DNA of 32,000 nt from Candidatus Kuenenia stuttgartensis (GCF_900232105.1 NZ_LT934425.1:2580001-2612000), one strand, 5' to 3'; positions 9,311 through 18,651 are shown, counted from the stretch's first letter. The notes: a model not told the origin generated them from the letters alone. Numbers and translations: made by a program.

Positions 9311-9691
9311 ATGAAGTCAAATTTTTTTGCAATGTTTTTTCTTATTTTATTGAGTGGAATTTGTCCTGTCGCTACAGTAATCTTTGCCGATAATATACAG
9401 ACAATAAAAGTGCAAATGGAAAAACGCCTTCCTCTCATAGTAGAGTTAAAATCGAAGGGAATTATTGGTGAAAACAACACAGGATATTTACAGTATGTGC
9501 AGGCAAACCGTGAAAACGAAGAGGTTGTTAATGCGGAAAATGAGGACAGAAAAAAGGTGTATGCTATTATAGCAAAAAAGGAAGGCGCAAGCATCGGGCA
9601 GGTAGGCAGTCGCAGGGCATTGCAGATTGCAAAAAAAGCGCTAAAGGGCGACTGGCTACAGGACAGAAACGGAAAATGGTATCAAAAGTAG
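9311..9691 (+). CDS. YdbL-like protein (DUF1318)
   Basis: Signal-peptide-like start; LKSKGIIGENNTGYLQYV...VNAENEDRKKVYAIIAKKEGASIGQVGSRRALQIAKKALKGDWLQDRNGKWYQK. Confidence 0.88.
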   Translation: MKSNFFAMFFLILLSGICPVATVIFADNIQTIKVQMEKRLPLIVELKSKGIIGENNTGYLQYVQANRENEEVVNAENEDRKKVYAIIAKKEGASIGQVGSRRALQIAKKALKGDWLQDRNGKWYQK

Positions 9692-9845
9692 CACATGTAA
9701 GCATACTATGCCAGGGTTGATGTGCGGGCAGAATGCTTCATTTATTTTTGTTGTGCGATGTCCGTTTAGCACAACTCTGTTACTCGTGGCTTTCGCAATG
9801 ATGGGTTTGTTTGATTATTAAACGGCAATATATGAGGTAAGAAAT

Positions 9846-10532
9846 ATGTCTTTTAAAGCAATTATTTTTGATCTGGACGGCACGCTTATAGACTCTCTGG
9901 AAGATTTATGCAATGCCGCGAACCGTGTATTAAAGAAAAATAATTTTCCAACGCACGAAATGGAAGAGTATCGGTATTTTGTTGGGGAGGGAGTTGCTGC
10001 GCTTATCACACGCGCATTGCCGGACGAAATAAAAAATGAGGACATAATAAACTCTTGCGTAGGGGAATTTCGTGAAGAATATCGGAAAAACTGGAATATA
10101 AAAACAAAACCATACGAAGGGATTGCCGAGATGCTGGACTTGATCACATTGCGCGGCTTAAAAATGGCAGTCCTTTCAAATAAACCTGATTACTTTACAA
10201 AAAAATGCGTAGCAGCATTTTTGCCGAACTGGAAATTTGACCGGATAATAGGCCAGCGCGATGATGTTCCTAAAAAGCCCGATCCCGCAGGCGCAAAAGA
10301 AATTGCAGAATACCTGGCCGTTTCTCCGTCGGAAATTATTTATGTTGGCGATACGCCCATTGATATGGAAACGGCCATTGCTGCAGGCATGCTTCCTGTA
10401 GGTGTTCTGTGGGGGTTCCGTCCTGAAGACGAACTTAAAAGGAGCGGTGCGCATAGAATAATTCAGAAACCAGAAGAAATTATTGAAGTTATCGACCATT
10501 CAACGGACGGAATAAGTAAGACTGACTTTTGA
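9846..10532 (+). CDS. gph: Phosphoglycolate phosphatase, HAD superfamily
   Basis: IIFDLDGTLIDS, AVLSNKP, KPDPAGAKEIAEYL, IIYVGDTPIDMETAIAAGMLPVGVLWGFR. Confidence 0.88.
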   Translation: MSFKAIIFDLDGTLIDSLEDLCNAANRVLKKNNFPTHEMEEYRYFVGEGVAALITRALPDEIKNEDIINSCVGEFREEYRKNWNIKTKPYEGIAEMLDLITLRGLKMAVLSNKPDYFTKKCVAAFLPNWKFDRIIGQRDDVPKKPDPAGAKEIAEYLAVSPSEIIYVGDTPIDMETAIAAGMLPVGVLWGFRPEDELKRSGAHRIIQKPEEIIEVIDHSTDGISKTDF

Positions 10533-10613
10533 GAACCCATATTTTCTGGCAAAATATTTAATGGTGAAATCCGAAATGCCAAGTCCTAAAAAGAAACCAG
10601 GTTCATCTGCAGA

Positions 10614-10826
10614 ATGTTTCTTATTCATCCACTTGGGCTTATCGCTTCCGGAGTATTGTTGGTAGCATTGTCACCCCCGGAGATACAAAAGAAGTTGTTG
10701 ATAACATTAGGGAAAGTGGATAGTATGTACTGTGGTTGGAAAATTTACCCCAAAAGCGTGGGATTAAAGCTGCTGAGAAGGGGAAGGGTTACAAAATACC
10801 TGTTTTTAAAAAAGATACGATTATAA
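10614..10826 (+). CDS. Small hypothetical protein
   Basis: 70-aa ORF with N-terminal hydrophobic stretch; basic C-terminus; no motif. Confidence 0.35.
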   Translation: MFLIHPLGLIASGVLLVALSPPEIQKKLLITLGKVDSMYCGWKIYPKSVGLKLLRRGRVTKYLFLKKIRL

Positions 10827-10922
10827 AGATTTTGTAAAAATAATCAATGTCAACAACGCATTGATACGGCAATGCACAACACCGTGCTGCCAATTGAGTG
10901 ATTAGAGAAAAGGAGGTCGTAA

Positions 10923-11927
10923 ATGCCTGATTATGGACCGCGCAGAAAACAGCCGGATATAAATTTCGAACAAATATCCTTGCAGCCATTAAAAAAGTTT
11001 CTCCCACCCATCATTATGCTGATCTTCATTATCATTAGCGGGTATTCGGCATTTTACACGGTAAAGGCAAATGAAGAAGCGGTAGTTTTACGGTTCGGAA
11101 AATATAAAGAAACGGTTGGACCAGGATTGCATACTAAAATTCCTTACGGCATTGATAAAATACTAAAAGGAGAGGTAAAAACAATCTATAACGAGGAATT
11201 TGGCTTCAGAACAAGACAACGCGGCACCACGAGTATTGTGGACTATGAATTCCCTGCGGCGCAGGAGGAAAAACTTATGCTTACCGCGGATCTTAATTGT
11301 GCGGAAGTGAATTGGGTTATTCGCTACAAAATTAAAGCCTTAGAAGAGTATTTTTTCAATGTAAGGGACGTTCGTGAAACAATCCGTGGCATTTCGCAAT
11401 CGGTAATGAGGACACTGGTGGGAGACCTCTCCATCGATGAAGTTTTAACCATTGGCAGGATCGAAATAGAGCAAATGGCCAAAGAAAATATACAAAAAGG
11501 CCTGGATGAATATAAATGCGGTATCAGCATTCAATCGGTTTTGCTCAAAGGAGTTGATCCTCCTCTTGCCGTCAAGGACGCCTTTAATGCGGTAAACCAG
11601 GCAATACAAAACAAAGATAAAATCATTAATGAGGCGGAAGGTCAGAAAAATAAACTACTGCCCGCGGCTGAAGGGAAAAAAGAGCAGGCAATCAGGGAGG
11701 CTGAAGGATATTATGTAAGAAGGATAAACAGAGCAACAGGGGACGTAAAGGCATTTCTTGCAGTATATGAAGAATACAAAAAGGCGGAAGATGTAACAAG
11801 GCGGAGGCTCTTCCTTGAGACGATGGCGGATGTGTTGCCAAAATGCGAAAAATTGTATATTATCGATAAAGATTTAAAAGGATTATTACCTATCCTTGGC
11901 CTCAATGAGGAGGGAATGAAGAAATGA
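10923..11927 (+). CDS. hflK: HflK, SPFH/prohibitin family membrane protease modulator
   Basis: SGYSAFYTVKANEEAVVLRFGKYKETVGPGLHTKIPYGIDK..., GKKEQAIREAEGYYVRRINRATGDVKAF; adjacent to hflC. Confidence 0.93.
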   Translation: MPDYGPRRKQPDINFEQISLQPLKKFLPPIIMLIFIIISGYSAFYTVKANEEAVVLRFGKYKETVGPGLHTKIPYGIDKILKGEVKTIYNEEFGFRTRQRGTTSIVDYEFPAAQEEKLMLTADLNCAEVNWVIRYKIKALEEYFFNVRDVRETIRGISQSVMRTLVGDLSIDEVLTIGRIEIEQMAKENIQKGLDEYKCGISIQSVLLKGVDPPLAVKDAFNAVNQAIQNKDKIINEAEGQKNKLLPAAEGKKEQAIREAEGYYVRRINRATGDVKAFLAVYEEYKKAEDVTRRRLFLETMADVLPKCEKLYIIDKDLKGLLPILGLNEEGMKK

Positions 11928-12895
11928 AAAGGAACGTTATAATTATACTAATCGCAATAGGCATCATTGCAATATTCCTGAAAAGTTCCCTGTATGTTGT
12001 TGATGAACGATTGCAGGCCGTTATCACGCAGTTTGGAAAACCCGTGCGAACGACGGTGGTACATGGACTTCATGTAAAAACCCCATTTATTCAGGACGTC
12101 AGATATTTTAATAAACGCATACTAAACTGGACGGGTGATATTAGTGATATTCTCACAAGGGATAAGGAAAACATAGGCGTAGCTTCCTGGGCGCGATGGA
12201 AAATTGTCGATCCTCTCAAATTTTATACTTCGCTGGGCATAGAAGCACGCGGACAGGGATTGCTTGATGAGGTTATCGAGTCGGCTGTGAAAAACGTTGT
12301 GAGCGCCTATCCGTTAAAAGAGGTTCTCCGAAACTCCAATCGTAAACTGGAATATACGACAAAGGAGCTTGAAGTAGCGGAAGAAACAAAAAAAGTAATC
12401 ATTAAAAAAGGCCGCGATGAAATTACAGCAGAAATTCTTGCTATGGCACGACGCTCGCTTGAAGACCGGTACGGGATTGAATTGGTGGATGTGAGAATAA
12501 AATACATTAACTACGTGGCGGCAGTAATCCCAAAGATTTATGATCGTATGCGCTCGGAACGTATCCGCATCGCAAATAAATATGAATCAGAAGGGAGAAG
12601 GGAAGAAGCTGAAATTTTAGGCACGATGAGGAAGGAACTGGAGAGAATCGAATCGGAAGGGTATCGTACGGCAGAAGAAACCAGGGGACAAGCTGATGCA
12701 GAGGCCATTAAGGTTTACGCGGAAGCATATACAAAAGCCCCGGAATTATATTCCTTTCTCAAAACACTGGAAACTTATAAAACCACAATAAGCTCACAGA
12801 CACGGCTTATTCTCAACACGGACGGAGAATATTTCAGGTATCTCAAGGGCTTTGAAAAAGATGTTGGAGCCGTTGAAGCGTGGTCTTTAGAGTAA
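11924..12895 (+). CDS. hflC: HflC, SPFH/prohibitin family membrane protease modulator
   Basis: SSLYVVDERLQAVITQFGKPVRT..., DVRIKYINYVAAVIPKIYDRMRSERIRIANKYESEGRREAEEI; ATGA overlap with hflK. Confidence 0.93.
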   Translation: MKRNVIIILIAIGIIAIFLKSSLYVVDERLQAVITQFGKPVRTTVVHGLHVKTPFIQDVRYFNKRILNWTGDISDILTRDKENIGVASWARWKIVDPLKFYTSLGIEARGQGLLDEVIESAVKNVVSAYPLKEVLRNSNRKLEYTTKELEVAEETKKVIIKKGRDEITAEILAMARRSLEDRYGIELVDVRIKYINYVAAVIPKIYDRMRSERIRIANKYESEGRREEAEILGTMRKELERIESEGYRTAEETRGQADAEAIKVYAEAYTKAPELYSFLKTLETYKTTISSQTRLILNTDGEYFRYLKGFEKDVGAVEAWSLE

Positions 12896-12970
12896 AAAAA
12901 CTGGAAGGGTTTCGCCTGTAGATCAGGAACCCCTTTTTTAAGAACTGGCCTGAAAAATCAGAGAAAGGCT

Positions 12971-13020
12971 GCGGGTTGCATTTATATTTGCCCCGCAGCA
13001 AAACCCAAAATACTCCAAGG
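12971..13020. repeat. Imperfect direct repeat, copy A (remnant of the ydcF 3' end)
   Basis: gcgggttgcatttatatttgccccgcagcaaaacccaaaatactccaagg, compared with 13707-13757. Confidence 0.8.
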
Positions 13021-13094
13021 GGGATGCACCTCAATTTTTTGTAAAAATGCAGTGAATTGAATACGTTTTTAAAAAACTAAACTATTGCAGAATT

Positions 13095-13319
13095 ATGAAA
13101 ATAAAAGACCTTATAGAAGAAGCAACTTCTTTGCCTGTTGAAGAGAGGGCGATGGTTATTGATTCTTTGTTAAAAAGTCTAAACCCACCGGAATTGGAAA
13201 TAGAAAAAAAATGGGTATCAGTGGCTAAACGACGACTTGAGGAACTTCGTTCTGGTAAAGTAAAAACAATACAAGGTGAAGAAGTATTTGAAAAAATATG
13301 GAATAAGTTCTTAAAGTGA
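13095..13319 (+). CDS. Addiction module antitoxin component (TIGR02574-like)
   Basis: MKIKDLIEEATSLPVEERAMVIDSLLKSLNP...W.....RRLEELRSGKVKTIQGEEVF, coupled to a RelE/ParE-type toxin. Confidence 0.85.
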   Translation: MKIKDLIEEATSLPVEERAMVIDSLLKSLNPPELEIEKKWVSVAKRRLEELRSGKVKTIQGEEVFEKIWNKFLK

Positions 13320-13606
13320 AATATTCCTTTCATCCCGAAGCAGAGATAGAATTCATTGAAGCGATTGAGTATTATGAAGAAAGGGAATCAGGTTTGGGAT
13401 ACGACTTTGCTATTGAGGTATATTCAGCTATTGAAAGAATGATAGCTTTCCCAAAAGCCTGGCCAATTATAGAGGAAGATATCCGACGGTCGTTAGTCCG
13501 AAGATTTCCATATGGAATTTTATATTCCGCAGAGAAAGAAGGGGTTTGCATTGTAGCCGTCATGCATTTACATAGAGAACCAAAATACTGGAAACACAGA
13601 ATCTAA
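13316..13606 (+). CDS. RelE/ParE superfamily toxin
   Basis: FHPEAEIEFIEAIEYYEERESGLGYDFAIEVYSAIERMIAFPKAWP...RRSLVRRFPYGILYSAEKEGVCIVAVMHLHREPKYWKHR; GTGA overlap with the antitoxin gene. Confidence 0.9.
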   Translation: MKYSFHPEAEIEFIEAIEYYEERESGLGYDFAIEVYSAIERMIAFPKAWPIIEEDIRRSLVRRFPYGILYSAEKEGVCIVAVMHLHREPKYWKHRI

Positions 13607-13706
13607 ATATAGTCAAGCAAATCATAACAACAAATCTGATTTCAGAAATTTAGCGGTAATGTTTTTCTGAAAATAGATTTGTTTGACGATAATTCCAAAA
13701 AGGGAT

Positions 13707-13757
13707 GCTTGTTGCATTTATATCTGCCCCCGCAGCAAAGCCCAAAGTATCCCAAGG
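13707..13757. repeat. Imperfect direct repeat, copy B (overlaps the 3' end of the intact ydcF-like gene)
   Basis: gcttgttgcatttatatctgcccccgcagcaaagcccaaagtatcccaagg. Confidence 0.8.
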
Positions 13758-14509
13758 TACTCGTAAAATACTTGTTCTGCCTTATCAAAACCATGTGAAC
13801 TTGGGAAAAAATCACCGGGCGCGGTTGTTTGTGATTTCAGAATAGTGTGCCCCGCAGGAGCAGGTATGGGACTCATCCCTGATTTTCTGAACATTCCCAT
13901 TGCGCGCGCCATGTGATTTGCCGATGTAACTAAAATAAAATGGTCATTCCCCACAATGGGTTTTACAAATTTCGCCTCATCATGCGTATCTTTTGATTCG
14001 GATTGCAAAATCAGTGATTCCTCTTCGACTCCAAGCGCCATTGCCAATTCTGCCATTGCTTCCGCTCCTGAAACGGGATCAAAAACCCTTCCCCCAGATA
14101 AAACAATCCTGCTTTCAGGCACCAACCTGTGCAGCCGTATCCCTTCCGCAAGACGAACGAGCGTTTCCCCGGAAACCCTGCTGGTTATCGGTATATCCGG
14201 ATCGGAAGTATGCCCTCCGGCCAAAACAACAATCCATTTCACTTCGGGAACAATAGCTCCTCTTGTATCATCGGAGGATTGTATTGATAAAAGAGGAGGG
14301 TATTTATATTCTAAACGTCTGATAAAGACTTTGGAAACAGGAGAGGAGTAACAGAAAAATGCAAACAGCAGAATGCCAGACAAAACGATATACTTCCCAC
14401 GTTTCTGCTTTCTGGAAAAGAACATCAACACGGCGCCGACTATCAATATTTCAAGACATAATGGAACTGGAAACAGCAATTGGGCAATAAGTTTTTTTAA
14501 TGTAAGCAT
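13718..14509 (-). CDS. YdcF/ElyC family (DUF218) membrane protein
   Basis: IVVLAGGHTSDPD...SGETLVRLAEGIRLHRLVPESRIVLSGG, ESKDTHDEAKFVKPIVGNDHFILVTSANHMARAMGMFRKSGMSPIPAPAGH; N-terminal TM segments. Confidence 0.88.
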   Translation of the reverse strand: MLTLKKLIAQLLFPVPLCLEILIVGAVLMFFSRKQKRGKYIVLSGILLFAFFCYSSPVSKVFIRRLEYKYPPLLSIQSSDDTRGAIVPEVKWIVVLAGGHTSDPDIPITSRVSGETLVRLAEGIRLHRLVPESRIVLSGGRVFDPVSGAEAMAELAMALGVEEESLILQSESKDTHDEAKFVKPIVGNDHFILVTSANHMARAMGMFRKSGMSPIPAPAGHTILKSQTTAPGDFFPSSHGFDKAEQVFYEYLGILWALLRGQI

Positions 14510-14660
14510 TTTTACCTTTCATGAGTCACAGACCACAAACGATAGAACGGGAAATCCTCAAACCATGCAGTAAATTGTTATAATTCTTCGGGATTGAATT
14601 TTATTGTGCTACAAACAGACCGCCACCCCTAACGAGACTACATTTTTAAAATACCCCCTG

Positions 14661-14687
14661 GATTTTTCAAAAAACTAAAGTGCTACG
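14661..14687. repeat. Solo end of the MITE-like repeat family
   Basis: gatttttcaaaaaactaaagtgctacg, inverse complement of CGTAACACTTTAGTTTTTTGAAAAA with one or two changes. Confidence 0.65.
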
Positions 14688-14947
14688 ATTACGGAAATTT
14701 TTTCGCAAAAAAATATTGCATTATAAATATTATGATATTTATGATATTTATGATAAGTTTAAAAACAGATGTTTAAGTTTTTTAAATAATAACGAGTATA
14801 CGCTTGTGCTGAGCTTGTCGAAGCAGATGAATTGCTTACCCTTTTAACTAAAAAATTTCAAATAATTGGGATCAAATTTAGAAAACCTGATTTGTTTGAT
14901 TCTATACCCTAACTTATTGAGAAGTTGCCATAGAACGGAGAGCCAAT

Positions 14948-16741
14948 ATGAGACAATTATTAAAATATGAGTTGCTTGCTGCAGTACTCTTAAATATTTT
15001 TGCTCCAAATCTTCTTCATGCGGAAATGAGGGAAACCGAAGCGGTGCAGCAGATGATTCTTGCAAGGGAAAAGCAATTTACGCGGGCAAAACACGGTTTG
15101 ACCGTATTATATGATGAATATCTTGCCTACAAAGAAAAATCGAAATTTCCTGCAAAAATCGCAAAATTTGAACCGGAAATGCCCCTCTACCGAATAGAAG
15201 GGGATATGGTGGTTATTGATGCTGTTGCCGTAAATGATGCAGCTATTTTAAAAGAACATCTTGAATCACTCGGCATGAAGCAGGCAGTTGTTTATGGTAA
15301 TATGGTATCGGGATTGATGCCCATCGAAGCGGTTAAAAATATGGATGCACTGGAAAACCTCCGTTTTGCAAGGCCTTCATACGCCATAACCCGCGCGGGA
15401 AAGGTGGATGGTCAGGGCGATATTGCGATGAAATCTGATTTGGCGCGCAATACCTATGGAATTGATGGGAGAGGGATTACCATAGGAGTTTTATCGGACA
15501 GTTTTAACTGTTTGGATGGCGCAGTAGATGACGTAAGAAATGACGACCTCCCCTTCGAAATTACCGTACTGGAAGAAGAGTCTGGCTGCTCTTCCGGTTC
15601 GGATGAAGGACGGGCGATGATGCAGATCATACACGATGTTGCGCCGGGAGCAGGTCTCGCATTTCATTCGGCATTTAATGGCATGGCGGATTTTGCCGCA
15701 GGAATTATAAAATTAAAAACGGATGCGGGCGCACATGTCATTGTGGATGATGTGCAATATTTTGCAGAGCCGATGTTTCAGGACGGAATTATTGCCCAGG
15801 CGGTTGATATTGTGAAGGATTTGGGCGCAGTCTATTTTTCAGCGGCAGGCAATTCAGGGCGGGACGCCTATGAAAGTCTCTTTCGTCGGAGTGGCAAAGC
15901 CCCCGTGTTTTTCGGTGAACCGCATGATTTTGACCCCGGCGCTGACACCGATACATTTCAGGGCATAACCATACCGCCAGGAACAGAGGTTTACCTTGTC
16001 CTTCAATGGGATTCTCCTTTCTACTCGGTAAGCCCTCCAGTCTCCCAAAACGACATCGACGTCTTTCTTACCAACGACCCGCCAACAACAGTCCTTGCAT
16101 ACGGTATAGATAATAATATTGGTGGCGACCCGGTGGAGGCCTTGTATTATTACAATCCCATTGGTTCAGGAAACACAGATTTTAATATAGTAATTGAAAA
16201 TATCAAAGGGCCTGCGCCAAGGCTTATAAAATACGTGCTATTTAATTTTGAAGGAACGTTGAACGAATATGCTACAAAAAGCGGCACAATCTACGGGCAT
16301 GCGAACGCAGCCGGCGGAGTTGCGGTTGGCGCATCGGCATATTTTGAGACGCCTGAACTTGGCGTTGATCCGGCCATTCCGGAATATTACTCTTCCGCGG
16401 GGCACACAGTGGTATTTTTTGATGAAAATGGAACCTTTTCAACTCCACAAGTGCGTAAAAAACCGGAAATTGTAGCCATTGACGGAGTGAATACTACTTT
16501 TTTCGGAACGGATTGGGAGGAAGATGGATTCCCAAACTTCTTTGGAACATCAGCGGCGGCGCCTCATGCGGCGGCAGTTGTCGCATTAATGCTGGAAGCA
16601 AATCCACTTCTATCGCCGGATGACATTTATTCCATACTTAAAGATACCGCACTTGACATGGAAGAATCAGGATTTGACTATGACAGCGGATATGGTCTCA
16701 TCCAGGCAGACCTGGCTGTGGAAGAGGCATCGTCACGATAA
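14948..16741 (+). CDS. Secreted S8-like (subtilase-fold) serine peptidase with non-canonical His motif
   Basis: Signal-peptide-like MRQLLKYELLAAVLLNIFAPNLLHA; ITIGVLSDSF (Asp), SDEGRAMMQIIHDVAPGA in place of HGTHVAG, SAAGNSG, FGTSAAAPHAAAVVALMLEANP (Ser). Confidence 0.87.
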   Translation: MRQLLKYELLAAVLLNIFAPNLLHAEMRETEAVQQMILAREKQFTRAKHGLTVLYDEYLAYKEKSKFPAKIAKFEPEMPLYRIEGDMVVIDAVAVNDAAILKEHLESLGMKQAVVYGNMVSGLMPIEAVKNMDALENLRFARPSYAITRAGKVDGQGDIAMKSDLARNTYGIDGRGITIGVLSDSFNCLDGAVDDVRNDDLPFEITVLEEESGCSSGSDEGRAMMQIIHDVAPGAGLAFHSAFNGMADFAAGIIKLKTDAGAHVIVDDVQYFAEPMFQDGIIAQAVDIVKDLGAVYFSAAGNSGRDAYESLFRRSGKAPVFFGEPHDFDPGADTDTFQGITIPPGTEVYLVLQWDSPFYSVSPPVSQNDIDVFLTNDPPTTVLAYGIDNNIGGDPVEALYYYNPIGSGNTDFNIVIENIKGPAPRLIKYVLFNFEGTLNEYATKSGTIYGHANAAGGVAVGASAYFETPELGVDPAIPEYYSSAGHTVVFFDENGTFSTPQVRKKPEIVAIDGVNTTFFGTDWEEDGFPNFFGTSAAAPHAAAVVALMLEANPLLSPDDIYSILKDTALDMEESGFDYDSGYGLIQADLAVEEASSR

Positions 16742-16798
16742 GTTTTTCTTGTAACGTTTTCGTTTTTTGAAAGTAACTATTCAGCGTAAACATTACGG

Positions 16799-16834
16799 TC
16801 TAACACCGACTTGTTAGAGAAACTCCGGTTTCTC
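16799..16834. repeat. Two overlapping short hairpins downstream of the S8-like gene
   Basis: TCTAACA-ccgact-TGTTAGA (16799-16818) and GAGAAA-ctccgg-TTTCTC (16817-16834). Confidence 0.6.
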
Positions 16835-17169
16835 AAAATAAAATCAATATGTCTGGTTTCTTATCCCTGCCGGAAACAGAGTTTCCTGCGTAATTGCCTG
16901 TCTGCCCACAGGCCGGCGTTCCCAAGCTGATACTTCACTATGTTCAGCACAAGGTTTGGGAACGAGTCGTGTTTTGGTCGTTTAATATATTACGATTAAT
17001 GGTTACAAAGTCAATTAGATAATAAGCAACAGCAGTTACGCATATACTCCTAAAGAATGATGGGAGATGGGATATGAGTATTTTTATGACGCATATAACA
17101 AGTTGTGCTTCATTTCAAAACGATCGTGCTTAGTGGACACTGACGAGTAAAAAATGGGACTGCCTTGAA

Positions 17170-18651
17170 ATGACACTTACGACAGAAAACCTACTTTTAA
17201 TTGGTTCAATATTATTATTGTTAAGTATTCTTGCCAGCAAGACAACAGGAAAACTTGGCGTTCCTGCGCTTATTATTTTTCTGGCAGTGGGTATGTTTGC
17301 AGGTTCGGACGGAATTGGTGGCATCCACTTTGATAACCCCAATCTTGCACAATCACTTGGTGCTATTGCCCTGACTTTTATTTTGTTTTCGGGCGGACTT
17401 GAAACAAAATGGGAAAGTGTAAAACCTGTTTTGTGGCAGGGTGTTACTCTATCAACTTTGGGAGTATTGCTCACAGCAGTTTCTTTAGGATTTTTCATTT
17501 CCTATATTTCTGGCTTTACACTTACAGAAGGACTTTTAATCGGTGCAATTGTATCGTCAACTGATGCTGCTGCGGTATTCTCTATTCTTCGTTCAAAAAG
17601 CATAGGGCTAAAAGGAAATTTAAGACCATTGCTGGAATTGGAATCGGGTAGCAACGACCCGATGGCATATTTCCTGACTATTGGTATTACATCTTTGCTC
17701 GTGCATAAAGGTACCTCTTTTGCTTTATTAATTCCAATGTTCTTTCAACAAATGATTATTGGCGCAATTGCGGGTTACTTATTGGGTAAGGCAATGATAT
17801 GGATGCTTAATAAGATAAATCTTGACCATGACGGGCTTTATCCCGTCCTGACGCTTGCTCTCATATTTTTTACTTATGGCATTACTACTTTTTTCAATGG
17901 CAATGGTTTTCTTGCTGTTTACCTCTCAGCAATTATTCTTGGCAATGAAAATTTTATTCACAAAAAAAGCATTATACGGTTTTATGACGGGCAGGCATGG
18001 ATGATGCAAATTGTGATGTTCCTTGCTCTTGGTTTGCTTGTGTTTCCAAAACAAATGTTGCCTTTCATTGGAACAGGAAGTGTCATTGCTCTTTTTCTGA
18101 TGTTTGTAGCAAGACCACTTGCCGTATTTCTTTGTCTTTTATTTTTTAAAATGAGAAACAGGGAACGCTTGCTTATCTCGTGGGTTGGGTTAAGAGGTGC
18201 AGTTCCTATTGTATTTGCCACTTATCCACTCATTCAAGGTGTTGAAAAATCAGAAATGATATTCAATATTGTTTTTTTTATCGTGCTGTCCTCTGTAATG
18301 CTACAAGGAACAACCATTCCGATTGTTGCAAAGTGGCTTTATTTATTTAAACCTGTAAAATTCAAAACCCGTTATCCGCTGGAACTGGAACTATCGGACA
18401 ATTTTAAAAATGAACTTTTTGAAGTAGAAATAAAAGAGAATTCAAACGCAATCGGCAGACAAATTTTTCAACTCAAATTTCCGAAAACATCACTTATTGT
18501 ATTGATTAACCGTAGTGACAAATATATTACACCAAGCGGGACAACTACCATAGTACAGGGCGACAAATTATTGATTATGTCGGACAACAAAAAAGACAAG
18601 GATGAGATTGAACAAGTAATTCTTAACTACACAGAAACACCATCAAACTAA
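17170..18651 (+). CDS. Potassium/proton antiporter, CPA1 (CvrA/NhaP2-like) with C-terminal TrkA-C-like domain
   Basis: LGVPALIIFLAVGMFAGSDGIGGIHFDN, GLLIGAIVSSTDAAAVFSILRSK, LESGSNDPMAYFLTI, SWVGLRGAVPIVFATYP, C-terminal NAIGRQIFQLKFPKTSLIVLINRSDKYITPSGTTTIVQGDKLLIMSD. Confidence 0.92.
   Translation: MTLTTENLLLIGSILLLLSILASKTTGKLGVPALIIFLAVGMFAGSDGIGGIHFDNPNLAQSLGAIALTFILFSGGLETKWESVKPVLWQGVTLSTLGVLLTAVSLGFFISYISGFTLTEGLLIGAIVSSTDAAAVFSILRSKSIGLKGNLRPLLELESGSNDPMAYFLTIGITSLLVHKGTSFALLIPMFFQQMIIGAIAGYLLGKAMIWMLNKINLDHDGLYPVLTLALIFFTYGITTFFNGNGFLAVYLSAIILGNENFIHKKSIIRFYDGQAWMMQIVMFLALGLLVFPKQMLPFIGTGSVIALFLMFVARPLAVFLCLLFFKMRNRERLLISWVGLRGAVPIVFATYPLIQGVEKSEMIFNIVFFIVLSSVMLQGTTIPIVAKWLYLFKPVKFKTRYPLELELSDNFKNELFEVEIKENSNAIGRQIFQLKFPKTSLIVLINRSDKYITPSGTTTIVQGDKLLIMSDNKKDKDEIEQVILNYTETPSN

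Noticed and set aside
14730-14756. Tandem atatttatg units
   Set aside because: Only 2-3 units in AT-rich DNA; likely low complexity.
14815-14835. gtgctgagcttgtcgaagca motif
   Set aside because: Resembles a short motif widespread across bacterial genomes; a single isolated copy here gives no local structure to interpret.
16799-16818. TCTAACA...TGTTAGA considered as an integron attC site
   Set aside because: Core-like 7-mers are only 6 nt apart and lack the attC inner arms; no integrase seen and no matching second site flanking the antiporter gene.
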